NCBI RefSeq assembly: GCF_037902255.1
Contig: NZ_CP147990.1
Span: 3,000,001-3,032,000 of the forward strand
DNA length: 32,000 nt
Reading direction: 5' to 3'
Origin: Candidatus Electrothrix sp. GW3-4
GTDB lineage: Bacteria > Desulfobacterota > Desulfobulbia > Desulfobulbales > Desulfobulbaceae
The position numbers and the translations under genes were made by a program. The notes below the pieces were generated by a model. That model did no database searches, had not been told where the DNA came from, and saw only the letters and a list, made by a program, of their open reading frames with translations. Within the stretch, counting starts at the first letter, position 1. Each line of letters begins with the position of its first letter. Of this stretch, positions 14,789 to 24,086 are shown piece by piece.

Positions 14789-16132
14789 TCACATGGGAAC
14801 GATCAGCTTATTGCTGTCTTCATTCCAGGTCACAATGATGTACCACAGGGCCATGCTCAGGGCGATCAGGCCCAGGGTCCAGCCGTAGCCCATAACATCG
14901 GGCATGTAAATATACTTACCCAGATAACCAGCCTTCTCAATCCCTGTCACAGTAATGGTATCTGCGGCATCAATAGCATCCTGAATCTCCTCAACATCGG
15001 CATCCAGCAGGCCCATTTTTGCCTGAGCCATCAGGTTATGCAACTTGGCTCCGCCGACCTCGAACTCCATCCCTTTAAACCATGTACTCATCAGGGAGTT
15101 GGCAATACCAAAGAAAGGAACCACGATCCAGAGCTTAATCTGGCCCTCACCCACGCGCCAGAGGGTACCAGAACCACAACCACCAGCCAGCATCCCGCCC
15201 AGGCCGAAGAGAAAACCACCGGCAACACCAATCCAACCAAAGGTCCCGCGCACGTAGTTCACCGGGGCCAGCACAGGCATACCTTCATTACTGATAGGCA
15301 CAGCAAATTTCACCACCGCACCACCGATGGCCAAAATAAAGATGGACAGGGCCACAGATTTGGCCAGGGTACAGTCACCGGTCATATGCGGCTCGCGAAA
15401 ACCCTGAATCATGCACCAACGACCGCGATGCATGGAGTAACCAATACCAGCAGCAAGCAACAGGATACCGGACAGCGAGGCGATATAGTCCACATTACCG
15501 TCTCCGTCATAGCCGCTGTACTGATAGGCACCCCAGATCAGGGCGGCAAGGGCGCCGAGTCCGAGCAGGGTCTGAAGAACTCGAGGAATCTGGACCGTCC
15601 AGGCACCACTTGAACCCCAGGTGATATACTCCATCTCTTTATAGAGCAGCCAGAGGCCAAGCAATACGCCGATAACGATGCCGAGCCACATAGAGAACCC
15701 GTTCGCTGCCAGGTTCCCCAGGGCATTATACATCCCACCCACATTACAGCCACCAGCCAAGGCAGAACCAACCCCCATCAGAATACCGGCAAGGATCCCC
15801 TTCACCACTTCACGGTAGGGGGGAAAACGAAAGGCAAACTGGCCACCCAGGCAGGCGGAAAGAAAGGCACCTCCCACAAAACCGATCCCGATCACAGAAC
15901 CGGAGCTGATCAAGGCCGATTTGGGGGTATCCATATGGCCGAAGCTGATACCGTACAGGATCCAATCGCCCCAGTTACGGATGGCCCCAACCGCGCCCCA
16001 GGGACGCCACCAGACCATCAGCAAAATACTTAACACCGCGATAATCACGCCGGTAATATTGGCGTTCCACTCGGTTTCGCAGAGCTCTTTACACAAGGCT
16101 CTTGTCTTCCCTAACAAACTGGACTCACTCAT
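14789..16132 (-). CDS. YeeE/YedE-family sulfur-compound (thiosulfate-type) transporter
   Basis: Polytopic membrane protein with paired sulfur-transport motifs (GGCNVGG, GGCGSGTLWRVGEG). Start moved to ATG 16132, which has GAGGAG 9 nt upstream; the track uses GTG 16162. Confidence 0.9.
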   Translation of the reverse strand: MSESSLLGKTRALCKELCETEWNANITGVIIAVLSILLMVWWRPWGAVGAIRNWGDWILYGISFGHMDTPKSALISSGSVIGIGFVGGAFLSACLGGQFAFRFPPYREVVKGILAGILMGVGSALAGGCNVGGMYNALGNLAANGFSMWLGIVIGVLLGLWLLYKEMEYITWGSSGAWTVQIPRVLQTLLGLGALAALIWGAYQYSGYDGDGNVDYIASLSGILLLAAGIGYSMHRGRWCMIQGFREPHMTGDCTLAKSVALSIFILAIGGAVVKFAVPISNEGMPVLAPVNYVRGTFGWIGVAGGFLFGLGGMLAGGCGSGTLWRVGEGQIKLWIVVPFFGIANSLMSTWFKGMEFEVGGAKLHNLMAQAKMGLLDADVEEIQDAIDAADTITVTGIEKAGYLGKYIYMPDVMGYGWTLGLIALSMALWYIIVTWNEDSNKLIVPM

Positions 16133-16418
16133 GAACTTCTTCTCCTCTCTCTTCTGGTTCACTTACTGAACAAAATTTTATACTGCTTCACTCTATAAAT
16201 TCTGGCCAAGGGCCTCTATTTTGAACAAAAAATCATTCCACTTGCGTGGCTTAAAGGGCAAACAGACCTTTTATCAGGCCTTTCTTTACCTGCACGGGGT
16301 GTTTTTGTCAAGACTGTTCAACGCCCTAAAAAACAAAAGCTATCTGCATTCAAAATATTAAACAGGCTTTCAAAGGGTTAACATAATACGACCCGAGAAA
16401 CACGTCTGCATTAATCCC

Positions 16419-16447
16419 TTGACAGAAGAAATCCTATTCGTTATATG
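16419..16447 (+). promoter_or_regulatory. Candidate sigma70 promoter for the tusA operon
   Basis: TTGACA (16419-16424), 17-nt spacer, TATATG (16442-16447). Confidence 0.35.
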
Positions 16448-16568
16448 AAACAGTTATTTTTCAATAAGTAAAAACTGAAATGTCCAAGTTTCACGGTGTT
16501 TCAGATCAAATTTAATCAGGCAGTACTGAACAATTTTATTTTTTATTTTAACAAGGTAGGAGAAACAA

Positions 16569-16826
16569 ATGAGTGACGTAAAAACTGCACCTGAAGGATT
16601 GGAAGTTGCATCGGTACTTGACGCAAAAGGACTGAGCTGCCCCATGCCCCTGTTGCGCACCAAGAAAGAGATCGGAAAAATCGATGGCGGCCAGATCCTG
16701 CAGATCGACGGAACAGATCCGGGCTCACGTAACGATATCCCGGGCTGGTGCGCCCGTGCTGGTCACGAATACCTCGGCGAGAAAGAAGAATCAGGATACA
16801 TCAGCTTTTTTGTTCAAAAAGGTTGA
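16569..16826 (+). CDS. tusA: TusA/SirA-family sulfur carrier
   Basis: LDAKGLSCPMPLLRTKK (the CPxP active-site motif), 85 aa, GGAG SD. Confidence 0.9.
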   Translation: MSDVKTAPEGLEVASVLDAKGLSCPMPLLRTKKEIGKIDGGQILQIDGTDPGSRNDIPGWCARAGHEYLGEKEESGYISFFVQKG

Positions 16827-16888
16827 TCTCTGATTAGAGTTGATTTAAGCGCGTACGTTGATGACGTCTCAGAAGGAGGACAAGGCCG

Positions 16889-17221
16889 ATGGCTGCTGAT
16901 CCGAATAAACTTGCTATTTTTGTAACATCCCCGCAAAACATGACACATGTTGTGGGCATCGCTGAAGCCGCTGATAAAGCTGGCAAGAAGCCGATGATAT
17001 TTTTTACCTACAAATCCATCCACTTGACCAAAGACCCACGCTTCAAAGGTCTTGCGGAACTGTGCGGAGAAGAGAATCTTGCTATCTGTGCTGACAGCTA
17101 TACCTGTGAAGGGTATGACTCGGCAAAGGATATCCCGGCAGGGCTGACTGATAAACAAATGAGAACCCAGGCATTCCACGGCGCTCTGCTGGATGAATGC
17201 GGTAAGTACATCGTTTTATAA
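16889..17221 (+). CDS. DsrE/DsrF-like sulfur-relay family protein
   Basis: 110 aa, GAAGGAGG SD. Fold-typical N-terminus (KLAIFVTS), a Cys-containing central segment (AICADSYTCEG), and its position after tusA. Confidence 0.75.
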   Translation: MAADPNKLAIFVTSPQNMTHVVGIAEAADKAGKKPMIFFTYKSIHLTKDPRFKGLAELCGEENLAICADSYTCEGYDSAKDIPAGLTDKQMRTQAFHGALLDECGKYIVL

Positions 17222-17234
17222 GGAGCGTGTAATC

Positions 17235-17582
17235 ATGGAATCATTAAAAGTATACATTCTGATTGCCAATCGTATGTATAACGATGGCATTCGTTCGGCC
17301 CTCGGACTTGCTGTGGAGAACCATTACGGGTATCCGGTTGTCATGAACGGAGAATTCCCGAAGATGTCTGAGTACATGGCAGAAAACATCGCCTGGATCG
17401 CCGACATGGAGGGTGAGGTATTGAGCTGTGGTGCTGATGCGCCTGAGAACCTGCCCGAAGGTGTTGAGATGACCAATATTGATCTGGAGGCATTGGGCGA
17501 GAGAATGCGTGATGCTGACCATATCATTCCCTACGGCCTGCCTAAGCAGACCAATGAGCCGCCACCTGCATGCGCAGAATAG
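17235..17582 (+). CDS. Conserved hypothetical, DsrE/F/H-like (cluster protein 'chp1')
   Basis: AAGGAG 10 nt upstream of ATG 17235. LKVYILIANRMYNDGIRSALGLA resembles the N-terminal beta-alpha unit of DsrE-fold proteins. Confidence 0.65.
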   Translation: MESLKVYILIANRMYNDGIRSALGLAVENHYGYPVVMNGEFPKMSEYMAENIAWIADMEGEVLSCGADAPENLPEGVEMTNIDLEALGERMRDADHIIPYGLPKQTNEPPPACAE

Positions 17583-17600
17583 GATAAGGAGGAAGACGCA

Positions 17601-17774
17601 ATGAAAATATTACAGGTCTATCGTTCTGAGCCGAATGATGATGTAAAAACCCTGGTTGGCATTCTCAACCGTGATCGTAATGCTGATGAGTTCAGCCTTT
17701 ACGGTGAAAATCCGAATTATGATGAGCTGGTCCAAAAGATTTTTGATGCTGATAAAACCGTGTGCTGGTGGTAA
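17601..17774 (+). CDS. Small hypothetical protein, 57 aa (cluster protein 'chp2'; below the ORF-track cutoff)
   Basis: Manual translation: MKILQVYRSEPNDDVKTLVGILNRDRNADEFSLYGENPNYDELVQKIFDADKTVCWW*. AAGGAGGAAG SD. A terminator follows directly. Confidence 0.55.
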   Translation: MKILQVYRSEPNDDVKTLVGILNRDRNADEFSLYGENPNYDELVQKIFDADKTVCWW

Positions 17775-17814
17775 ATCACCACTCGCCCATTTTGGCTGAA
17801 TAAAATTCTTTTAA

Positions 17815-17851
17815 CGGCCTGTGATCGCATGATCACAGGCCGTTTCTTTTT
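17815..17851 (+). terminator. Rho-independent terminator of the tusA-dsrE operon
   Basis: CGGCCTGTGATC-GCAT-GATCACAGGCCG (12-bp stem) followed by TTTCTTTTT. Confidence 0.85.
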
Positions 17852-18078
17852 CCTTTCTTTTCTTTGCCCTGCCCTCCCTTAACTGCGCTCCACAGGCTGA
17901 ATATTCATGCTCAACTCCACCTTGCAGAGCAAAAGGCCCTGCATTGCTGAGGACATCTCCCCTTAAAAAAGCTTGAGTTTTTACAGTTCGCTATTTATGC
18001 TATGCCTTTATCCAGTGCAGCAAAAGTTGACTGTTCTGGCGTTTTCGTTGCCTTGTGCGTGCTGAAAAAGGAGGAAAA

Positions 18079-18594
18079 ATGAACGCAAAAGAAAGGGGGA
18101 GTATCTTTATAAGTCATGGTTGGCAATTCGACAGACATTACTGGGAACTCATAGCCTGGCTTCAGGAAGAACCGCTTTTTTCCTGCTGTGTACCTCATCA
18201 TGTAATGCGCCCTGATACAGAATCAGCAAATCTCAAAGAGGAGCTCACCCAACAAATCCTTCCTGCCCAGGCTGTTATTATCTTAACGGGCCTGTACCAA
18301 AAGCATCGTTTTTGGCTTGATTACACCATAACAGAGGCCTGCAAGATGAACAAACCCATTATCGGCGTGTATTCCTGGAGAAAAGAAGCTGTCCCGGAAC
18401 GCGTGCTCAAAGTAGCAGTAATGCCTATGGTGAGATGGGAGAGATCAAGCATTGTCCAAGCTGTAAATACAATACTGTTTGAACCAATATCCGCCCCTCC
18501 CTTATGCCCCACCTCCAGCCATAAGACAGACAGCCGTCAGCTTGAGCTCGGCATTTTCATGGGGAAGAAAAACACTTCAGGAAAAAGACCATGA
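18079..18594 (+). CDS. TIR-like domain protein (DUF1863 / MTH538 / ThsB-like)
   Basis: AAGGAGG SD 4 nt upstream of ATG 18079. SIFISHGWQFD...W..L..WL, VIILTG.Y...FWLDYTI..A....KPIIGV and V.W....I..AV match the TIR-like DUF1863 pattern. A ~35-aa tail has no assignment. Confidence 0.65.
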   Translation: MNAKERGSIFISHGWQFDRHYWELIAWLQEEPLFSCCVPHHVMRPDTESANLKEELTQQILPAQAVIILTGLYQKHRFWLDYTITEACKMNKPIIGVYSWRKEAVPERVLKVAVMPMVRWERSSIVQAVNTILFEPISAPPLCPTSSHKTDSRQLELGIFMGKKNTSGKRP

Positions 18595-18785
18595 CCATCA
18601 CAACGAGTGGAGAAAAGAAGGGGACTATCATCTATTGTTCGCATGGCGGAGGGCCGCTCCCCATACTCGGTGAGAAGAGTCATGCGGCAATGGTCGAGTT
18701 TATAGAGCAGCTCCCTGCCTCAATCAACCCTGCACGTCTGCGCCGGAATGGCTGGGAAGAATGCGGTTGCCAGCATGATCTTTGA
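18591..18785 (+). pseudogene. N-terminal fragment of a class III extradiol (LigB/DODA-type) dioxygenase
   Basis: IIYCSHGGGPLPILGEKSHAAMVEFIEQLP matches the N-terminus of SHGGGP.P.LGD-type dioxygenases. Similarity is lost after ~45 aa and the ORF ends at 64 aa, against ~260 aa expected. ATGA overlap with the TIR-like stop. Confidence 0.5.
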
Positions 18786-19146
18786 CGACCATATCCTTGG
18801 CAAACGGGCCATCGCCTTGCAGTGGTAAGCATCACTCCGATTCCCCTGCTTACTCAGATAAAGAGCCAAAAAAACATCGCGTAGGGTGAGACGAGTTACT
18901 TACACTCGCCTCTTCCCTCTCACAGAACCGTCCGTACAGGCCTCACATCGGCTCCGGTTTATCGTCCTTCTTTTTATATGAAAGTACCGACGACTCCTCC
19001 TTGGAGTCGTCCGATCAACTTTCATGCTTTGTTGTCCCTCCCCAGAGGGGAGGGATGGGAATTATATCGAAACAGGAACTCCTGGAGCAACACCAGCTAA
19101 ATCAAAGAGCCTCAGTTCCCTGGGTAAATATCTACCCTCCGAATGC

Positions 19147-21219
19147 CTACTCCACATGCATCCGTGAAATATCACCAACCTGGCGAACCAAGTCACCCAA
19201 GCCGGTCAACAGGTTTAAGCGGTTGGCCCGTATTGCCAAATCTTCGTCCATCACCATCACATCATCAAAGAAGCGATCCACCGGCTCTTTCATGGTCAAC
19301 ATCGCAGCCAGGGCCTCGCTGTAGGCCCGATTCTCAACCATCGGACCGACCTGCTCCTGGACAGCTGTGCAGGTTGCAAAGAGCTCTTTTTCCGCCTCTT
19401 CAGCAAAGAGCGAAGGATCAACCCCGGTTTCCCGATTTCCCTTGGTGATATTACGAATTCGTTTAAAGGAGCCTGCCAGCACGGCAAATTCCTCCCGATT
19501 CCGCATACTGTCCAGGGCCTCTATCCGGGCCAGACAATCAGTCAGATCATCAAAACCCGCTGAAGTCGCCGCCTCAACCACCTCCTGCTTCATCCCTGCG
19601 GCGATCAGGTCGTTCTCAAAACGGAGACGAATAAAGGAGATGAGCTGTTCCAGGGTATCCTCTGCCGGAGCCACCTTCTCAGCATAGCCCTGCAAGGCCT
19701 GCGCAGCCAACTCCCTCAAGGAGAGATGCAGTTTATGATGGCGAATGATATGGATCATCCCCAAGGCCAGCCGGCGTTGCCCAAAGGCATCCTTATTCCC
19801 GGTAGGCCGCTCATTGATGGCAAAGCAGCCGACCATGGTGTCCATACGATCAGCCAACCCAACCAAGGCACCAAGCAGAGAGGCGGGTAGTTTTCCTCCT
19901 GCCCGAACCGGTTGGTAATGCTCATGCACGGCATCGGCAACCGCAGGTTTTTCGCCGTCAAGCAGGGCATAATCACGACCGATGCTTCCCTGCAGGGAAG
20001 GGAACTCCCCAACCATCTCGGTCAAAAGATCAGCCTTGGCCAGTTGTGCAGCCCGCTTGGCCTCTGCCTGCATATCAGGAAGCAGCTGATCTGCAAGATA
20101 GGCGGCAAGCGAGGTCAAACGCTCGCTCTTCTCAGCCATGGTTCCCAGCTTACGCTGAAAGATAATCCCGGAAAGATCTCCAACCCTATCTGCCAACGGT
20201 CTCTTTTTATCTTCATTAAAAAAGAACAGCCCGTCCTCAAGGCGAGCGCGAAGAACACGCTCATGCCCACTGGCTGCCATTGCCTGATCTTTCACATCGG
20301 TATTATTGACAGCAACGAAAAAGGGTAGTAACGCCCCTTTGCCGTCCTTCACAGGAAAATATTTCTGATGCTCACGCATGGAGGTGATCAGGGCCTCATC
20401 AGGCAGGGCGAGAAATTTTTCATCAAAGCTCCCGCAGATCCCCCAAGGGATTTCCACCAGATTGGTCACCGTATCAATCAGGCCTTCATCCAAAACAGGC
20501 CTTCCTCTGCCCCCTACCCGGTCCTGAACCGCCTTCTTCACCGCCTCAATGACCGCTACACGCCGAGCGACCAGGTCAACCAAGACCGATTTGGCCGCCA
20601 ATATTTCCTGATAATGATGAAAATCGCGGACCTCTACTGGTTCGGGATGCATAAAACGGTGCCCGAGGGTTGTTGCTCCGCTCTGTACTCCTTCAATTGT
20701 CAGCTCAACCACCTTGCCGTCATACAGGGCCAGCAGCCATTGGAGAGGGCGGGCAAAGGCCAGACTGCTCTCTGCCCAACGCATGGACTTGGGAAAGGGA
20801 ATGGAATGCAACAGCCCATCCAGCAGGCCAGGGAGAAGTTCCCCTGTTTCTTGCCCCTTGATCTCTTCCACCGCCATCAGGTACTCACCCTTCTTGGTCT
20901 CGATAATCTGGAGATCTTCCACCGCAACCCCACGGGAACGGGCAAACCCCTGGGCAGCCTTGGTCGGTTGTCCATCCGCATCATATGCAGCCATCTTTGC
21001 AGGCCCGATATGCTCCTGACGGCGGTCTGCCTGGCGGGTCTGAAGACCTTCGACAGCTAAGGTCAGACGGCGTGGGGTTCCAACGGTATGAACCGTACCA
21101 AAATGCAGCCCCAGCTCCTTTAATTGAGTCTGAGCAGCCTGTTCCATAAAAGCCAGGGCCGGTTGTATATAACTGGCAGGTATCTCTTCTGTTCCGATTT
21201 CAAAAAGTAATTGTGTCAT
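19147..21219 (-). CDS. glyS: Glycyl-tRNA synthetase beta subunit
   Basis: 690 aa. The MTQLLFEIGTEEIPASY N-terminus, full length and overall pattern are typical of GlyS. Confidence 0.95.
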   Translation of the reverse strand: MTQLLFEIGTEEIPASYIQPALAFMEQAAQTQLKELGLHFGTVHTVGTPRRLTLAVEGLQTRQADRRQEHIGPAKMAAYDADGQPTKAAQGFARSRGVAVEDLQIIETKKGEYLMAVEEIKGQETGELLPGLLDGLLHSIPFPKSMRWAESSLAFARPLQWLLALYDGKVVELTIEGVQSGATTLGHRFMHPEPVEVRDFHHYQEILAAKSVLVDLVARRVAVIEAVKKAVQDRVGGRGRPVLDEGLIDTVTNLVEIPWGICGSFDEKFLALPDEALITSMREHQKYFPVKDGKGALLPFFVAVNNTDVKDQAMAASGHERVLRARLEDGLFFFNEDKKRPLADRVGDLSGIIFQRKLGTMAEKSERLTSLAAYLADQLLPDMQAEAKRAAQLAKADLLTEMVGEFPSLQGSIGRDYALLDGEKPAVADAVHEHYQPVRAGGKLPASLLGALVGLADRMDTMVGCFAINERPTGNKDAFGQRRLALGMIHIIRHHKLHLSLRELAAQALQGYAEKVAPAEDTLEQLISFIRLRFENDLIAAGMKQEVVEAATSAGFDDLTDCLARIEALDSMRNREEFAVLAGSFKRIRNITKGNRETGVDPSLFAEEAEKELFATCTAVQEQVGPMVENRAYSEALAAMLTMKEPVDRFFDDVMVMDEDLAIRANRLNLLTGLGDLVRQVGDISRMHVE

Positions 21220-21898
21220 TGGTTCAACAGTCCAGGGGGTAATATTCAGGAAAACGGCATTTCCAGGATGAATTCATGGCAGGGTATGCTCACAGGACGA
21301 ATCGCTGTTCCGTCTTCAATCGACATCGGCACATTCCCTCTTTTCCTCGCATGATAGGCGAAAGGATATGAGAAAAGATATCATACCGGAAGATCTCCGA
21401 CCCGGCAAGTAGTATAACGTGGACACAAACAACAGGAAAACAGAGCGTCGTCATCGGTGTTTTTTCAAGCAGCAAGCTACGCTTTTTCTTAAGTGGTTAC
21501 GGACAGAGCGCTCGCTTTTATCGCCTGAATCAAAGACAAAGAGAGCAGGAAGACAGCCACAAAGTCGACAAGTTCTTATACGCAGCTGATACGCATAGAT
21601 ATTATGCTTCTCCACGGAGATTGACGACAAAAAAGTTGCTTTTTCTCGACGCTTCCTGTAATTATCCTTAACTTGTCTCAGCTGTTACCAGGACAATACA
21701 GGCCACAAAAGGACTGACAGTCTCAAGGAACACTATGACACCAACGTGGCGGGAACAACGCATTGAGCAGAGCAAACCTTCTGGACTTTTTTAACTTACT
21801 GAAGAGAGGATCAAACATGTTTCCAACGCTCTTCACGCACTCTATAAGTGCTACGTAGCAAATAATATCAACCCGCCCTGTACTCTTTTTGGCATAAC

Positions 21899-22702
21899 AT
21901 GAACAGCCTTTTATCTTTCCTTCGCCTCCTCCATGCTCGACGTCGCCTGATAACCGCTATGGCGGTCAGGGAAATCCGTGCGCAGTATGTGGGCTCCTCA
22001 CTCGGGCTCTTGTGGACCCTGATTCATCCCCTTGTCATGATCTCGGTGTTCTGGTTTGTCTTCAGCGTTGGATTCAAGGCAAAGCCTCTAAACGGTGATG
22101 TACCGTTTATCGTCTGGCTGACAGCGGGTCTGGCCCCCTGGTATATCTTTTCCGATATTATCTCGGGCTCCACCAATATTATTGTTGCCCATAGCCATCT
22201 GGTGAAAAAAACCATCTTTTCGCCGCAGATTCTGCCGGTGGTAAAGATCTTGTCCGGCATGGTCACTCATGCTATTTTTCTGCTCGTGCTGCTTGTCCTA
22301 CTGGTCTTTCAGCAGATGCCCTTTAGTCTGTATTATTTTCAGGCCGGTTATTATCTCTTTTGCATGCTCGTGCTTGCCCTGGGTATTTCCTGGACCTTAT
22401 CTGCGCTGAACGTCTTTGTCCGTGATGTGGCGCAGCTGGTCACCGTGCTCCTTCAGGTCGGCTTCTGGGTTACTCCGATTTTCTGGGATATCACAATGAT
22501 GCCCCCTAAGGTGCAATGGTTTCTTAAACTGAACCCTGTCTACTATATTATTCAGGGCTATCGGGATTCATTTATTACCTTTCAGCCCTTTTGGAACCAT
22601 CTCTCATACACTGTGTATTACTGGCTGGTTACCCTTGGAATGTTGACCAGTGGTGCATACATCTTCAAGAAACTGAAGCCTCAGTTTCCCGACGTGCTGT
22701 AA
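21899..22702 (+). CDS. wzm: ABC-2 type polysaccharide/O-antigen export permease (Wzm/TagG-like)
   Basis: 267 aa with six predicted TM segments. The N-terminal R.L......R.I...Y..S.LG..W....P motif matches Wzm/KpsM-type permeases. Confidence 0.9.
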   Translation: MNSLLSFLRLLHARRRLITAMAVREIRAQYVGSSLGLLWTLIHPLVMISVFWFVFSVGFKAKPLNGDVPFIVWLTAGLAPWYIFSDIISGSTNIIVAHSHLVKKTIFSPQILPVVKILSGMVTHAIFLLVLLVLLVFQQMPFSLYYFQAGYYLFCMLVLALGISWTLSALNVFVRDVAQLVTVLLQVGFWVTPIFWDITMMPPKVQWFLKLNPVYYIIQGYRDSFITFQPFWNHLSYTVYYWLVTLGMLTSGAYIFKKLKPQFPDVL

Positions 22703-22705
22703 TCT

Positions 22706-24001
22706 ATGTCTGACTCGGCCATCTCGGTTCATAACGTAACCAAAACATACTCGCTCTATCAGAAACCGCTGCATCGGCTCTTGGAGATCTTCCATCCGCT
22801 CGGCAAAAAATACCATACCCCGTTTTGCGCACTCAATAATATTAATTTTGAGCTAAAGAAAGGGCAGGCCCTCGGTGTCATAGGAAGAAACGGAAGCGGA
22901 AAATCATCGCTGCTTCAGCTGATCACCGGCATCCAACAGCCGAGCGCAGGAACGGTTCACGTAAACGGTCGTATTTCAGCCCTCCTTGAACTTGGTGCAG
23001 GCTTTAATCCAGAATTCACCGGCAGAGAGAATGTTTACCTCAATACGGCAATTCAGGGCTTTTCTGAAGAAGATACCGACGAACGTTTCCAGAGGATTGC
23101 CGAGTTCGCTGATATTGGTGAATTTATTGACCGACCGGTCAAGACCTATTCCAGCGGTATGTATATCCGCCTGGCCTTTGCTGCTGCTGTCAGTGTACAG
23201 CCGGAGATCCTGATTGTTGACGAGGCACTCTCGGTCGGCGATATCTTTTTCCAGCAAAAATGCATGACCCATATGCAAAAAATGATGAAAGGCTGCACCA
23301 TTGTACTGGTCAGCCATGATATGCACTCCATTGTCAACCTCTGCGATCGTGTTCTGCTACTGGAAAATGGCCAAGTTGCCTTTGACGGAGATCCGGTGGA
23401 AGGAGTGAGCCAATACACCAAGATACTCCATGACGAACATTTCAGCGGCGGCAAAAAAATTGCAGAGCGTGCTGAAGTCCTGCCTCAAAATGTTGTAGAA
23501 AAAATGTCGGACCTAGGTGATGACTTTTCCCAATGGACCAAAATTCCCGAATCAAAACGATCAGGCGTTGAACAGGTCATTATCGAGTCTCTGAGTATAA
23601 CCAGCCAAGGTAAACCAATCAATGTGGTACAGCAAGGGGATGTCATCAGCATACGAATGCTGGTCCATGCCGCTGCCGACATGAATGAGATTATCTTCGG
23701 ATATAATATTAAGGACAGGGTGGGAAATGCAATTTTCGGTGAAAATAGCCTTTGCCTTGACCCCTCCGCTCTGCATCTTAATGCTGGCTACAATTTCGTT
23801 GAATATTCATTTAGATGGCCGGAGGTGTATCCCTATAAATACACTATCACCGTCGGAATCGGTCAAGGACTCATTCCCCTGGGCCATGTTGTGCAGTGCT
23901 GGGCCCATGATATCGCCTCGATAACCGCCGTAACACCGGGTCGATCCATCCACGGAATGTTCAATAATGATCTTGAAGCATTGACGGTTACCTCCATATA
24001 A
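22706..24001 (+). CDS. wzt: Polysaccharide ABC transporter ATPase with C-terminal glycan-binding (Wzt_C-like) domain
   Basis: Walker A GRNGSGKSSLL, signature YSSGM, Walker B ILIVDEALSVGD. A further ~180-aa beta-rich C-terminal extension is typical of Wzt/TagH. Confidence 0.9.
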   Translation: MSDSAISVHNVTKTYSLYQKPLHRLLEIFHPLGKKYHTPFCALNNINFELKKGQALGVIGRNGSGKSSLLQLITGIQQPSAGTVHVNGRISALLELGAGFNPEFTGRENVYLNTAIQGFSEEDTDERFQRIAEFADIGEFIDRPVKTYSSGMYIRLAFAAAVSVQPEILIVDEALSVGDIFFQQKCMTHMQKMMKGCTIVLVSHDMHSIVNLCDRVLLLENGQVAFDGDPVEGVSQYTKILHDEHFSGGKKIAERAEVLPQNVVEKMSDLGDDFSQWTKIPESKRSGVEQVIIESLSITSQGKPINVVQQGDVISIRMLVHAAADMNEIIFGYNIKDRVGNAIFGENSLCLDPSALHLNAGYNFVEYSFRWPEVYPYKYTITVGIGQGLIPLGHVVQCWAHDIASITAVTPGRSIHGMFNNDLEALTVTSI

Positions 24002-24086
24002 CAAGGCAACAACATAACTACTCAATCATTCAAACAGAACGGTCCCGATACTTCCCCAAACATGTTCATAAAACAATAAGAACCAC

